From the NCBI GenBank assembly GCA_964016885.1, contig OZ024743.1, positions 240,498,001 to 240,562,000 of the forward strand: DNA of 64,000 nucleotides, given 5' to 3'. Each line of letters opens with the position of its first letter. Within the stretch, counting starts at the first letter, position 1. Positions 1-13,799 of the stretch are shown one piece after another. This DNA is from Eledone cirrhosa (taxonomy: Eukaryota). The notes below the pieces were generated by a model. That model worked only from the letters and a program-made list of their open reading frames with translations, did not search any database and was not told where the DNA came from. Position numbers and translations under genes: made by a program.

Positions 1-1484
1 TTATGGTATTTAGATAAATATAAATGCTTATATTTAGACATTTAACACTTTCATTGCCATACTTCAAATGAAAGACACTGCCTATGATTTTCAAATCCTT
101 TTGAAAATATTCAAGAATTTGAAGGGATTTAGTAATATAATTAACTTTCTCATTATTAACCTAGTATTTGTGGCATAACTTAAGTATTCTTACATAAAAT
201 TATGATGGAATGTTTTTAGATAAATATAAACACTTTAGATTAAACATTTTGTATTATAGAACCAAGTCTGTTTTGGTATTGAAACAGTTAAACAAGGTTG
301 TGTTAGGTTTACTACCCCAATGAAACAATCAATATATATATATATATTCCAAGATTTCAGAGAGGCCAAGAAAAGTTTCAGTATAGCTACCAACCTTCCA
401 CACGGAGGACCAATAATGTGTATAGACTTAGCTATGAATTAGAGTACATCTCTTCTTGCATGATTGCTTCTTCATTGGTGTTTCTGTGTTGGGGTTCGAT
501 GGTTGGGTTTGTTTTGCATCAATTGTTGAAGTTTACTTTGTTGTTCAGCCAAGCAGAACTTTTGCTATATTGCACAGAATACATAAGTGCAGAATATTAT
601 GTATACACACACTCTCTCTATATATATATATATACACATACATACACACACATACATACATTCATACATACACACAAGCATACATACATTCACACATACA
701 TAGATAGATAGATGCATATATATATATATGTGTGAGTGTGTGTGTGTGCTTGTGAGTGAGAGAGAGAGAGAGTCTTCAAGTTATATATTCACTTATTGAG
801 GAACCATTTCTAGCTACACTTTACTACCGATATAAGTAGCAGGAAAATATTTATACCCTCATCAAACATACACAGACACACATATATACATACATACATA
901 CATACATACATACATCATATATTAACTGAATGAACACTCAATACATGTAAGCAAGTGTAAATTATATTTTGGCAGTGAATTTGACGTTTCAGCTTGGTCA
1001 CTGCACTTGAAACATATAACTGAACACCACAGCATAAAAATACAAAAATTACAAACATAAATGTTTTATTGCCAGTGTTAGGAGCATGAGGAATGATCAG
1101 AAAGCATGACAATGAATGAACCTATCAGTAAAGATAAATTCTGAACATCCTGACTGCCGATAAAACTATGAGTCTCTAAGAACTGCCATATACTAAACCC
1201 GCTCAGTCTGCATATCACATACATTGTGAAAGAGATCTTTATAGATAAAACTGAAAGAAATGAAGACAAACACTTTGCTTTTTGTTGAAGGAGGAGAAGA
1301 AGAAAATTACTCCTGGGTCCCAGATAATAAGGGGGTGAGTGGAATAATCGGGGTGGGGTGGAATAAGTGGGTGGCAAAAAGGGTCACCTGACCTGACTTG
1401 CCTCAAATGGAACAACCCCTCTAACCTATGCTAGCATGGAAATGAATATGACGATGATGATGATATACATATATATATATATAC

Positions 1485-1930
1485 GGAGTACGTGTGTTTC
1501 AGAAGATTGTCCTGTTCAAATATTCAAAACCACCCCAAATGACTCTTCATATATGAAAGCATAGACTTCTCCAAATTCTCAAGATATATATTACTGCTCA
1601 TGATGCCCTTTATTTGATGTATGAGACTGATCCTTTTTTCCAACCATGCTACTCTGAATGTATGAGGTTTGAGGCTGTTACCACCATGCTTAACTATCAG
1701 ATACATCCATTCTGGGAGAAATTCTCCTGTATAACATCACAAGTATATTCAGAGCTGAATCATCCAAACATGATTTTTTAACCAATCTAATCATATCCAA
1801 TTCTTATGCTCTTGAGTAAACTGACTACTGATACACCATTTTCCTAAGAAATGTGTATTTTTTTGGCTTGGAACTCAACCACCAGATCAAAATTGTAACC
1901 ACACTAATCAGCAGGTGTTCTTTCTATCAA
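1485..1930 (-). mobile_element. Degenerate Tc1-family (DD34E) transposase fragment
   Basis: The minus strand translates as ...VKHGGNS...LIHQIKGIMSSNIYLENL... and, after a frameshift, FEQDNLLKHT. This matches the Tc1 motifs TVKHGGGS and FQQDNDPKHT. Confidence 0.7.
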
Positions 1931-1937
1931 ACATCAT

Positions 1938-2153
1938 TTAACCCTTTAGCACTTATACCAGCCGTATCCTGCCAGAATTCTCTCACCTCTTTCTGTTAAA
2001 ACTGAGTGTAACTAGCCTCACATACTGATGTTAAGTTATTGTTCCCAAAATAAATAGTATCAAAATCTCATAGATTTGATATTATGTGAGGTAAAGCCTT
2101 TACCGTGAAAATATAATAGTAAATATAGAGTAATGTAAATGCTAAAGGGTTAA
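1938..2153 (+). mobile_element. piggyBac-type MITE, about 210 bp, copy 1
   Basis: TTAA target duplication at 1938-1941 and 2150-2153. Ends are CCCTTTAGCA...TGCTAAAGGG inverted repeats. Three more copies are in the window. Confidence 0.8.
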
Positions 2154-3611
2154 ATTGTCAGCAGTAGCTATTTTTTCTGTTTTTCATCAAGAAACAGTGA
2201 ATGTACCAATAGCTTTTCATGGCTGCCCAGATGGATAATAAAATAATGACCAGTTTCTGTGAAGATGTCCACAATATAGTAAGCAGAACTTACTGAGAAA
2301 TTATAACTCAATGTATCAATTCCAACTTATACGGTTGAACAAATCTTAATCATATCTCTTATAACATTTTTTTTTCCATTTATCCATGACAACAGATCTT
2401 AGAATGAAATAATTTGTCTTACTTATAGTATAATATCAAATATTACATTTTTTTTAAAAATCGTTTCTTTTAAAATGATTCCTACATTGTGTATTTTTTA
2501 AAGGCAAGCACAAAATAGGTTGTTGTTTTTTTTTCCCCTCAAGTTATAATTTTTCAGCCATGGCTGCAATATTTAGCATTATGACAGAATGTCAACTGTG
2601 CAAGAGGAAAGTGGATAGAATGGTTTTAATGGTCAAAGGTTGTTACATCAAAAAACTGCAATTTGATTGGTTCACCCATTCAATTCATCCTCTTGAATGG
2701 GAAAGAGAAAATGTTCAAACTAGATCTAAATGTGTATACACCATTTTGTTTTTGTTTTATTTTTATACTAATGATGTCATAAATATGATACAAAAAATGA
2801 AGATATTTCCATTCACTTCTCAGCCACTTTGAACTCTAAATTTATAACTATATTAATCTAACTTAATTTCTCTCTCTTTCTCCCCCCCCCCTCTCTCTCT
2901 TAATCTCAGTTACTTTCTCTCTCTTTAAATTATAAAGCTGTATGTTTACTTTCCAAAGCAAATGTAAAAAATAAAAGAATCTAAGGTTTTTGCAATATAT
3001 TTAGAAGACCCAATGAGTCTAAAATATCTATCTGCAATTAAAACACTTATGATCTTCATTTTTCATATCATGTTTATGGCACCATTTACGTATTTAAAAA
3101 ATGAAAATGAAATAGTATATACATATCTAGCTGTAGTAATTGAAACACTTTCTCTCTCCTGTTCATGGAGGAAGGATCAAAAGGACCAGCCAATCAAAAT
3201 TAAAACACTTCTAAATTTGTTTTGTTTTTTTTTAATTCACTAATGTTCATTTTTTTTTTTTGTATAAATAAAATACTGTAAATAATAGCATTAAGTTAAT
3301 CAAAAATTAATTGTGAAAAAACTTATTATCATTTAAAAGAGTAAAAAAAATTCGCCTTTTTATTTATATATATATAGTTTGAAACATAAGAAGTGATTAA
3401 ATAAATGGATATAAGTTTTAATCATATTGTTTTTAGTGTTTTTCCTGTTCTAACCAGCAGGCTGTCGCTATCCTGGTGCACCACCACTGTTGTTGCTACA
3501 ATATCTATAGCCTTTCATTGGTTGGCTTTTGGTGTATGAGTGAGTTTGATACTGCTGCCCTCATTTGTGATTGTTGCCATGATCTAGGTTAATCAGGGAT
3601 TTTAGATAGTA

Positions 3612-4636
3612 ATATATACAGGTCCAACTTCCACACCGATCTCAAGCTGTTGCATGCCGCCCAGGCTTTGCTCTTCCTCTCGACCACATCATCTTCCGTA
3701 TTCCCAATCTTTGCTCCCAAATACAAGAAGTCCTCAACCAATTCTAGCGGCCTCCTGCCTACATTAGTAATCTTCTCTGGCTTCTTAATATTCTCTACCA
3801 GATATTTTGTCTTAATCTCATTCATTCTCAGCCCCACACCCATCGACACAGTCTCCAACCTCCTGCATCAAACCCTCTGCCTCCTTCACTGTGTTTGTCA
3901 CCAAAACTATGTCATCAGCAAATTCAGCATACAATAACTTTTTCGCCTCAACTCTCCTACTCTGAGCTGGTGTTACAGTAAAGCCAGAGTCCTGGTGTTT
4001 CTCCAGCACAAGGCGCATACAATAGTCCGCTGCGATGATAAAAACATAGGGAGCCAATGTATCTCCCTGGAGCAATCCAGCCAGTATCTCAAAGAACTCT
4101 GTCATCCCATCAGGTGTAATGACTTGGGCTTTGGTGTTGAGCAGTGATATCAGTTCCACTATCTTCTTGGGGATTCTATAAGCCTGTAAGATCCTGAAAA
4201 TCCGCCTTTTCATTGCTGTACGGGTCTGAGACTTGGACACTGACCAAGAAACTCACTCAGATGGTGGATGGGTGCTACACGAGAATGCTGAGGATGGCTC
4301 TGAACATTAATCAGTATACACTGAAGATGAAAAACTCAGAGCTGAACGGGAGCCTCCCAAAAGTCAGCTCAAAAGTGACACAGAGGTGACTGAGGTTAGC
4401 TGGACATGCTCACCGACATCCAGAGCTAACACTGCACTCAGTGCTCTTGTGGGAGCCCCTGCATGGACACACTGGAAGAGGAAGCCCGAGGTTAACATAT
4501 GTTGATGCCCTCAGGACAGACACTGGTCTCTTGGAGATGTAGGACATGGCAGCAATAATGAGGGACAGAGACCGCTGGAGAGAACTCGTCCATGGATCTT
4601 GGGAATTTTACCCGCCCTAGTTAGATATATACAGGT
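3612..4636. mobile_element. 5'-inverted (twin-primed) RTE-type LINE fragment, dead
   Basis: RT domain on minus at about 3624-4210 (GLLQGDTLAPYVF, EFADDIVL, FLYLGAKI). C-terminal part on plus at about 4211-4620 (LLYGSETW...LRLAGHAHRH...RDRDRW). Flanking direct repeat ATATATACAGGT at 3612-3623 and 4625-4636. Confidence 0.85.
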
Positions 4637-5844
4637 GTTTCTTGAAGATATTTACATCCACATCATGTTAGTCTCTTAATGTTTTTGGCAGGGGATTGGA
4701 GATGTGTGGGTCTTTGAAAACCAGACTATTGCAGTATATGGTACTACCACTAGATGAGGAATGTGAAACTTTTGCAACTATACAGTGGCAACTAGTGTGA
4801 AGACTGGTGTAGTTATCTCACCTCTGAACACAACATAGATTTACTCATTGCCCCTCAAACAATTCTACAGTTCCACCTGATCTACATTGAGTGTAGCAGC
4901 TGTGAGATGAGTTACCTGGAAATGGTGATTTGGTCCTTTTGTAGTTCTTTGTACTTGGAAGAGAATAAGGGTGTGCAACTGCTTGGTGATGGTTGAGGGG
5001 TTTTTGCATATGGCTAAGTTGGTCACCCCACTACCGTGCACAGCACAAACATGACTAGTATTAGTCCTGTAAATGCAAAGAGTAAGAGATCTATTTGTTG
5101 TACTTTACATAGTTTTGGCAAGGTCTTACTGGTTGGATGCCCTTCCTATCAACAACCACATCACAGCATAGACTGCATGCATTATTCATGCCACCAGCGC
5201 TAGAGAGGCTGTTTTACTGGACTGAAGGGCCATCTCTACTCTGTACGAGTCTTTATTCAGAGTGGCTGCTCACTTAGATAGGTTGCCTACATTTCAGCTC
5301 ATACACCCCACATCTACCCAATGCAGTTGTATTTTATTCAGAATCCCTGCCCTCCTAAATGGCCTGCCTACTGCATGGCTTATGGAACCCATGTCTGCCC
5401 CGTGCTGATTTATTTTATTGTGTTTTGATTCACTGGCCTCCTTGCCAACCTGGCTTAATCCTGGCTTATGGAACACATGTTTGTCCCATGCAGTCTTGTT
5501 TTGTTTAATTTGTAGTAGCTGCTCTCCCACATGGATGGTATTATCCAAATTTAAAAAAAAAACCCTCATCTCCCCCAGGCAATCATATTTCAAATATATA
5601 TTTTGAGTGACAGCACTCCTATTGAGGCTACCAAATGTGTCATATGGAACCCTCGTCCATCATTCCCAGCATAGCTGTGATCCACATGGTGAGCTGTTAC
5701 TGTGCATATCCCAAGGGCAGAATGCCATCCTGGAAGCTGGCAATAAGTCAGTGGGAGGGAGCGCTATGACATACGTAACCAGATTAATGCAATTCTAGTT
5801 TGGAAATTAAAGTTGCCAGATTTATTGCAACACAATATATCATC

Positions 5845-6187
5845 ATCATTTCATTCATTTCATTTTACGTCCGCTTTTCCCTGCTTGCAAGGGTGGGACA
5901 GGAACTGATGCTGGCTTGATTTCTACAGCTGGATGCCCTTCCTAACACCAACCTCATTTACAGTGAGTGCTGGGTGCTTTTTTGCCGTGGCACCTCCACA
6001 ACCACTTTGCAGTGGAACGATATGGAGCCCAGTCCCTATCATCTCATTTCTACAGCTGATTAAACTGGAGCAATGTGAAATAAAGTGTCTTGCTCAAGGA
6101 AACAACACATCACCCGGTCTGAGAATTGAACTCACAACCTTTCGATTGCAAGGCCAATGCCCTAACCACTAAGCCATGTGCCTCCAT
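5845..6187 (-). mobile_element. Full-length tRNA-derived composite SINE (tRNA head, CORE-like segment, AGGAAGGGCATCC domain, RTE tail)
   Basis: Minus strand has A box TGGCTTAGTGG, B box GAGTTCAATTC, a CORE-like CCTTGAGCAAGACACTT, and GGTTGGTGTTAGGAAGGGCATCCAGCTGTAGAAA. Its tail GTCCCACCCTTGCAAGCAGGGAAAAGCGGACGTAAAATGA closely matches the 3' end of the RTE at 38802-38841. A close copy is at 33092-33432. Confidence 0.85.
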
Positions 6188-6937
6188 TATATATATATAT
6201 ATTAAAAATGTGCCTCCATATATATATATTAAAAATGTTTTGCTTCACTAGGGTTTCAGTTAGTACTACAATAGAATATATATGATAAGGTTTTGTTTAA
6301 CTGGCTTTTCGTTCACTCCATGGCTGTTTAAAGAGATCCAGCAGGATTTCAAAATAAAATGAAGCGTGAATTTGTTTAGTAAAATAATAACTCATACACC
6401 ATAGACAGCCAGATATTATATTGAAAGAAACTTAGCACTACACAATAACATATGGCATGAGAGTTGGTCCAGCTCTCAATGCCTCACTTCTAGGATCTTC
6501 ATCATGAATGTCACTGCATATCTCTCTCATCTTCACTCTGGGAAATAGCGTTTTAATTCTTTCAGCCTCTCCCCGTTATTGTTTATTGAGGCAATCCCCT
6601 TGGTGTAGCTCTGTTGGGTTGCTTCAAGTTCTGTGGTTAATTTGACATTGATGGTGTGACCATACCTGGGAGCAACAGTCCAGTCAGGTGAGGACAAATG
6701 TCCTCCAGAGGATCAACATGGTTTCCCCAGTCTCTTGTCGTGAAGGACCTCAGAGTCCATCTGGTCAGTTGTCTGCACATCACCGCCATATCGATAATAT
6801 GCACATGAAATAATGCATTATTCTTCCTGTCAATTCCCAAGTCCTGCACTGATTTTGACACAGTGATTTCAATACCTCCTGGTCCAGAGTAACTTCGTAG
6901 TGATAGTAGAGGTCTTGAAATTGTATGTGTGTGTGTA

Positions 6938-8196
6938 TCATCATCGTTTAATGTCCATCTTCCATGCTAACATGGGTTAGACGGGAGTTGTCCCACTTGA
7001 GGCAAGATTGGTCGGGTGACCGTGTCTTGCTTGTATAGGACTATCTGGCAGGTTTTCTACGTCTGGATGCCCTTCCTAACACCAACCACATTTACACTGT
7101 GGACTGGGAACTTTTTACCGTGTTACCTACACGACCACATTACAGTGTGGAATGTGTGTTTTATTGTTGTGACACCTACACGATCTCGATCTCATTATCT
7201 CATTAGTTTGGACTGGATGTTGTGGTACCAACTTTACAGAGAAAGGGTGCTGTTGGTGGGAGTGGGAGGATGGAGTAGGGGTAGTGGGTTGGGGTGTATA
7301 TCTCGTTAAGAGGTGCCTACTGACTGTAGGTTTCGCTTTGTACATGTATTATTGCGTGGCGCCAAAGATCTCGGTCCAGTGACATTGTCTTAGAGAGGTG
7401 CAAGTGTGTGAGGTCAGAATTTATCAAATCATCCCAGGTTATTCTGGGTCTACCTACTCCATAACTTCCATCAATTTGGATCGCCCTGCACTTTTTATAC
7501 AGCTGCCATCTTTCATGCGCATCACATGACCATACCAACGTAGTCTTCTCTCAAGTAAACAGCATCTGATCCCTCTTATTCCTAATTTCTCACTTAGTTC
7601 GTTCATGCTTTGCCGTTCGTGTATATTACTTTTACACATCCAACGGAGCATGCATGCTTCGTTCCTTTCCAGTCTGCGCAGGTCCTCTGCACACAAAGCC
7701 CATGTCTCACTGCCATGTAACATTGCTGTTCGTATACAGGCATCATACATCATTTTTAGAGAGAAAGCTTTTGTAGCCAACAGCGGTATAAGCTCTCTGA
7801 ACTTTTTCTATCCCGTTCTGACTCTGGCTACTATACTTTCAGAGCACCCTCCACCACTGCTGATTTTGTCACCCAGGTAAGGGAAAGTGTCCACCATTTC
7901 TATGAACCATCTGGGCAATAGAAGGAGCTAGTATCCTGTGGGCACTTGCTACTTATTGCACCTGAGCATCGGCCACATATAAAATCTATGTTCTTAGATA
8001 ACTTACCTGTGATCCCATTACATCTTTTATGTACCCATAGTTTGCATTTGGGACATAAAATGGAATTTCTACCTACTCCTTTCCTACACACTGAGCATGG
8101 ACATTTCCCAGAGGGCACCTGTGCCTTTTTTTCCTTTCTACATACTAGAACTTTAGTCTTAGACAAGTTAACATTAAGGCCTTTTGATTCTAGGCC
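6938..8196 (-). mobile_element. 5'-truncated RTE LINE (PHD-like finger, C-terminal ORF2, long 3' UTR, (GAT)n tail)
   Basis: ORF pieces KTKVLV...GKCPCSVCRKGVGRNSILCPKCKLWVHKRC and AMLHGSETW...RRLRWYGHVMRM are homologous to 34416-35997. Frameshifted. The tail reads GATGATGAT on minus. Confidence 0.9.
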
Positions 8197-8227
8197 ATGT
8201 GTGTGTGTGTGTGTGTATATATATATA

Positions 8228-8423
<196 letters not shown>

Positions 8424-9049
8424 AGAAATACATTATTGATATAATATCAAAATAATATTGATCCAGTATCGAAACAATATCGAAACCATATCGATAATAT
8501 GATATTAAAACAATATCAATATGATATCAAAATCATAATGAAACAATATTGATACAATGCTGATGCAATATTGAAACAGTATATATATAATTAAGGGAGA
8601 TGGTAAAGGCATCCATCTGTAGAAAACCTGCCAAACAAAGTGTTGGGGAGACCCTTCAGTCACATCAAGACTATGGCAGCATCCCTAGTGTTGGTGATCT
8701 ACATGATAAATGCACCCAGTACACACTATAAAGTGGTTGGTTATAGGAAGGGTATCCAGCCATAGAAAGTTTGGGAGGACCCCTACGCACTTGGTAGAAT
8801 GTGGGACTTTGAAGAAAAAATAGGTAATTCTTTGTCTATTCTTTCCTCGCATTTATAATTTGATAAATAGCTCTGATTAAATGATTATTTTAATTCTTCT
8901 GATTATTTTAACTCATTCCATCATTTAGCAAAACTGATCAAGGCAGAACATTACACACACACATATTTATGTATGTATGTGACTGTGTGTGTGTATCTTA
9001 TTACTTTATATATATACATATATATACATATATATATACACACACACAC

Positions 9050-9260
9050 ACAAAGAACAATCAAGAAGGATAAATAATGCAAGTAATTTAATAATTTAAA
9101 GCTTGATATATTTGGAAAAGAGTCTGAATGTTTCAAACACTAATCCTTCATCAGATAGAATGAGAGATAGAGAGAAGAGAGGATGTTTAGAAGAGAGAAG
9201 AAGAAAAACAAAGACAAGCCAAGAGTAAACAAAAAAAAATAAACAGGAGGATGGGTGGAG
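9050..9260 (-). mobile_element. Degenerate copy of hammerhead-bearing PLE-end family H1
   Basis: Minus strand CTGATGAAGGATTAGTGTTTGAAACATTCAGACTCTTTTCC aligns with the copies at 30330-30520 and 32545-32722. It abuts (CA)/(TA) microsatellite. Confidence 0.6.
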
Positions 9261-9580
9261 GTAGGAGAGAATGTATCTGTTGTTGTTAGTCAGCCAAAGT
9301 TCATATCTCTGATGTAACCATGACAACAGCCACATTACCACAAGTGGAACATTAACAATAGAGCTGACATCTGCAGAAAAGAGAGGTCTTAAAGAGTTGC
9401 TTGTTAGCAGTTCACAGTGGCCATGAAATAACCTAACTAAACAAAACCTATAAAACTACTACCACTAATATTAACAGCAATTTCATTATGTCAGTATTGC
9501 TGACTTCTTCCTATCACAACAGCAAGTAGAAGAAGAATGATTATTATGACAGAATTAATAAACAATAGCTACAATAATAA

Positions 9581-9768
9581 TTGTTTCTACATTTGGCACA
9601 AGGCCAGCAATTACCCAGTGCATTACTGGTACTTTATTTTATCGACCCCGCAAGGATGAAAGGCAAAGCTAACCTCGGCGAGATTCGATTTCAGGACGTA
9701 AATGGCCATAACTCTATGCTGCAAAGCATGGTGTCTGACGCTCTACCAATACTGCCAATCCATTGCCC
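9581..9768 (-). mobile_element. tRNA-derived SINE family A (short form)
   Basis: Reverse complement of the reference copy at 40527-40709, with (AAT)n at the tail side. Confidence 0.85.
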
Positions 9769-9959
9769 TTAATGATAATAATAATTTACAAAGGGTTTAC
9801 ATCAAGAAAAACATTATGACAGCAGAGGACAAAAACAGTGTGGGGCGGGGGGGTGTAAACAGTTTCAACAATTTTGAAAAAAAGAAAAGGTAACAATAAA
9901 ATTATAAAAAAGTGGATTCCTCGATAGGGAGGAGACGTTTGAGGGTCACTCATGGAAAA

Positions 9960-11130
9960 AAAACCATAAAACCATGGGTACCCTGATTTCTAAGGTAAAT
10001 ACCCTATCCCAGTTGTGTTCCTCCAATTTACAGGCTCACATTTAGAACAGGCCCATTCACTAGCTTGCTTCTCTCACCCACCTTTCAACAAATTGCTTTG
10101 AAGTAAGTACTTCCTTCTCCACCCTGATTTTCTTCTTCAAGTGGAATCGGAAGAAGTTAATCAGGGCTTCCCCGAAGAGGCAAGTGTTCATCTTCAATCT
10201 TTTCAAGTGAATCCACCATAAATTCTCTTTCGCCATGTCACAAGTCAGATAAAAACAGCCTTCTCTTCCTTTTTAAAGGAAGGTGGCGATGCAATCCTCA
10301 CAATGGAGTCAACCGATAGTCAGATTTGTCTTACATGCAACAGCAGGTGTCTGACATAAGTCCACAAACTAGCAATGCTCGAACACTGAACAATTGCGTT
10401 CAGAACGGTTTCATTGCCCAGCCCACATCTCGGACAGGCCCTACTGATGGCACTTCCATGCCTGTAGAGTTTATCTTGAACTGGCAAAGCTCCCTGGTAG
10501 CACTGCCAGGTCAGGGATTTCTGGAAATTGTCTATGGGCCCTGGACAGAAAGTCCTCCCAAAAAGAATGGCTAGTTGATTTTTGTCAACACCCAGAGTTT
10601 CGTCACTCTGATTGGCCACTAACCCTTTATAGAATGCTAAGGTAGAGTTTCCACTGATCATACTGCTCAATTGGTGGAGGGCTGTGTGTGCTTGAAGACA
10701 TTACCATTTCCTTCAGTCTACGCTTGACCCAGGAATGCAACTCGGTCAAGAAGACAAGCTGTGGTAACATGCACTTTCCGAACGGCGACCGCACATGTTC
10801 CCTGTTCAGGAAGAGATGGATATGTCGTAGCCTTTGTGCATGTTTGTGCATTATCAGCCACGGCATTCCCAGTCTTCCAAACACCAGATGGACCACCTGA
10901 CCATTGGAATGCATCCGTTCCACAAGAAGCAGCAGAGCAAACACTCCAGTGCATCCCGATGGGGTTTGGGATGAGGCTCAATGATCAGGTGGTAGTAGAT
11001 GATGGATATGATGTACGCATTCACCACCTCTGCCCTACCTTTCAGGGAGAGCTTTCTCTCTCTACTCATTTCTGGGTGAGATTGGCCACTCTGTTCAGAG
11101 AAGTAGCAGCTCTACTTAGAGTGACACTCT
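9960..11130 (-). mobile_element. Tx1/L1-clade LINE ORF2 C-terminal fragment, degenerate
   Basis: RKLSLKGRAEVVNAYI, then FQKSLTWQCYQGALPVQDKL...CPRCGLGNETVLNAIVQC, a zf-RVT-like CCHC remnant. Related pieces lie at about 42640-43020 and 61930-62215. Confidence 0.75.
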
Positions 11131-11204
11131 GATTTCCAAGCTACGCACTTTATCGAGTAACGTTACTCCAAGGACCCTTCGGAGGAATCCTATTTCGGCT
11201 ACTT

Positions 11205-11912
11205 GTATCATTCAGGTCATTACCCAAGATTCCTGATCATAGTTAAGAATTGGCACGAATACTGAATTGAAGATAGCAAGTTTGGCTTTTACACCTACAT
11301 CCCTTTTTCTGATTACTGAATGTTGAGACTGGCATGTTACTGCACCAGCTCCTGCAATTCTTGCATTTAATTCAGCCTCCTGTTTTCCATCACTCGTGAA
11401 TATGGTCCCAAGATACTTGAAATTCTCCATTGCTTCAGTAGAACTCCATTCACATGTAGAGTGCACTGTGCAGGCTTCCTTGAGAGGACAAGTATCTCAG
11501 TTTTCTCAGCACTGATTTTCATTCCTGCCATGCAGCACTTGGCATCAAACCTATCAAGTGCAAGTTGGAGTTCTCCTTCTGTTGACTTAAGTAACAGCAT
11601 CTCGTCTGCAAATTCCAGCTTACTAATTTTGCACATGCCAGTTATAATACAACTTCTAAACCTGTTGCGCATGTCAATCCTGTTCATGTAAATAATGAAC
11701 AGAAGAGGTGACAATACGCACCCCTGGTGAAGTCCGAATCCCATATTGAATGGTTTTGGTATAGCAATATTTATCTGAACACAAATACTCAGGCATTTGT
11801 ATAGAGACATCAGGACAGCAAGAAGCTGACAATTGATCCCATAATCCTGCAGAACCTTCCACAGCAGGTCCTGAGGAACATGATCATATGCCTTTTCGAG
11901 GTCTACAAAATA
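11205..11912 (-). mobile_element. RTE-clade (Rex3/Expander-like) reverse transcriptase fragment
   Basis: FVDLEKAYDHVP...GLHQGCVLSPLLFIIYM...FADEMLLL...GMKISAEKTE, then after a frameshift FKYLGTIFTSDGK. Confidence 0.85.
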
Positions 11913-12639
11913 TATATACATGAGTGAGCATGAGAGAATGATCCCATCCTTATTGCTGAAGGTCAGGGACCATGGATAATAGCACCAATATTCATCTATA
12001 TAATGTTGTACACCTATGATTCCTATCAGAAAAAAAAGTGACAACAGTAGGTCTCAAACCTCATCAAACCATTTCTTAGAAGCTGACTGCTGACTGTGGC
12101 TCATCACAAAGGTGAAGCAATTGGCCACTTGCAAGGCTATCCCAGGGTGATTAAGGAGGCCTATCTTCCTCGGTTTTGAAATCAGAATGATCTTTCTAGA
12201 CTGACTGCCAACCAAGACTAACATGCTTCGTTTACATGTTTTTTTTTTGTTTTGTCAATGGCTGTTAATTCTCCTGAAGAGTTTGTTGAGTTTTTGTTTT
12301 TCATGTACCAGGAGGTCCCAAAATTAACCTCCTCACTACTGAAGCTTGGTGGGATTGCTGGTTTAGTCACTGCTGACCTGACCATGTGACAAGTTGTACT
12401 GGGTTACCTGTTACTAGTAGCACTCAAGTGCAGCCTGACATATATATACTTGAAAATGTGAACATCCCAAATGCAAAAAATGATTGCAATAACATTCTAA
12501 CACTGCAAATAATAGTTGATGGGAAAAAAATGGACAGAAGTGCTTACAAGGCATTGAACCCTGTATCTCACAAATACCATGTGAGTGCAGTAACCACTGA
12601 CCAAACAAGTAAATAGAACAAGATTAGAAAAAAGAGACA

Positions 12640-12848
12640 AAGGGGAACAAGAATAGCCATTGAGAACGTTACAGAATGTGTAGAGAAGAGCTTTGACAAT
12701 TAAATCACCATCTAAACTAACTAATTACTTAACAAATAGTAAAACTGAAGTCAACCTCAACTGGTGCACATATTTTTTATTGGACCCTCCCAAAATATAA
12801 TTGTTTCAACACATGATTTTACACCAAGAATTTTGCAAAACTTTATAT
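12640..12848 (+). mobile_element. Old, decayed copy of the 3' end of the GIY-YIG PLE (family H2)
   Basis: GCCATTGAGAACGTTACAGAATGTGTAGAGAAGAGCTTTGACAAT aligns with the hammerhead at 31840-31882. CAACTGGTGCAC...TTATTGG.ACCCTCCCAAA...TGTTTCAACACA aligns with 31979-32031 and 40929-40996. Confidence 0.65.
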
Positions 12849-13319
12849 ATATGAAATATATATAAAGCTTTTATGCTTGGCTTATTTTGATTCTTATATT
12901 CTTTTACTAACATCATTCCTTAGATTTTGGCCATGCTGGGGCACCACCTTCGAGGGTTTTTAGTTGATCATATTAATCCCAGTACTTGTTTTCTTTTTCA
13001 AGTCTGGTACTCATTATTAACCTCTATTTGATGAACAGCTAAGTTACAGGACAAATAGTAAACATAAACATGACACACTTCTATAAGGTTTTCATCTACC
13101 AAACGTCAAACACAAAGCATTGGTCAACACAAACTTATAGTAGAAGACACTTGCCTAAGGTGCCACGCAGTAAAAATTTTCTTTATTGACCACAAGGGAA
13201 TACAACATTGAAGACAATACAAGAAAAAAACACACCACAAAGTGAGGTTTACATCAATGGAAAGGGAAATTACAAAGGGAACAGTAGATATAACAATAAC
13301 AATGAATAGTAATAAATAA

Positions 13320-13762
13320 TTGTTTCTACTTTTGGCACAAGGCCAGCAATTATCCCAGTGCATTACTGGTACTTTATTTTATCGACCCCGTAAGGATGAA
13401 AGTTAACCTCGGCGGGATTTGAACTCAGATCGTAAAGGCCCGTAACTATGTTGCAAAGCATGGCGTCCAACCCTCTACCGATACTGCCAATCCACCAATG
13501 ATTTCTAGTATAGGCACAAGGCCAGCAATTTGGTAGGCGAGGAAAGTGCATTACTGGTGCCTTATTTTATAGACCCCGTAAGGATGAAAGGCAAAGCTAA
13601 TTTCAGAAGAATTTGAACTCAGAACATAAAGGGCCATAACTCTATGCTGCAAAGCATGGTGTCTGACGTTCTACCGATATTGCCAATCCACCTAAGAGTA
13701 ATAAATATTGTTTCTACTTTTGGCACAAGGCCAGCAATTACCCAGTACATTACTGGTACTTA
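13320..13762 (-). mobile_element. Tandem cluster of three family-A SINE copies
   Basis: Repeated TTTCTA...GGCACAAGGCCAGCAATT...ACTGGTAC blocks begin at about 13320, 13500 and 13708. Confidence 0.85.
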
Positions 13763-13799
13763 AGAAGAGAAGATACTCAAAGCTAATTCTGGGAAAGGC

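Noticed and set aside
5290-6910. Further old RTE-like remnants (about 5290-5790 and 6430-6910, minus; also about 4640-5060)
   Set aside because: Only faint motif resemblance, too decayed to call without a search.
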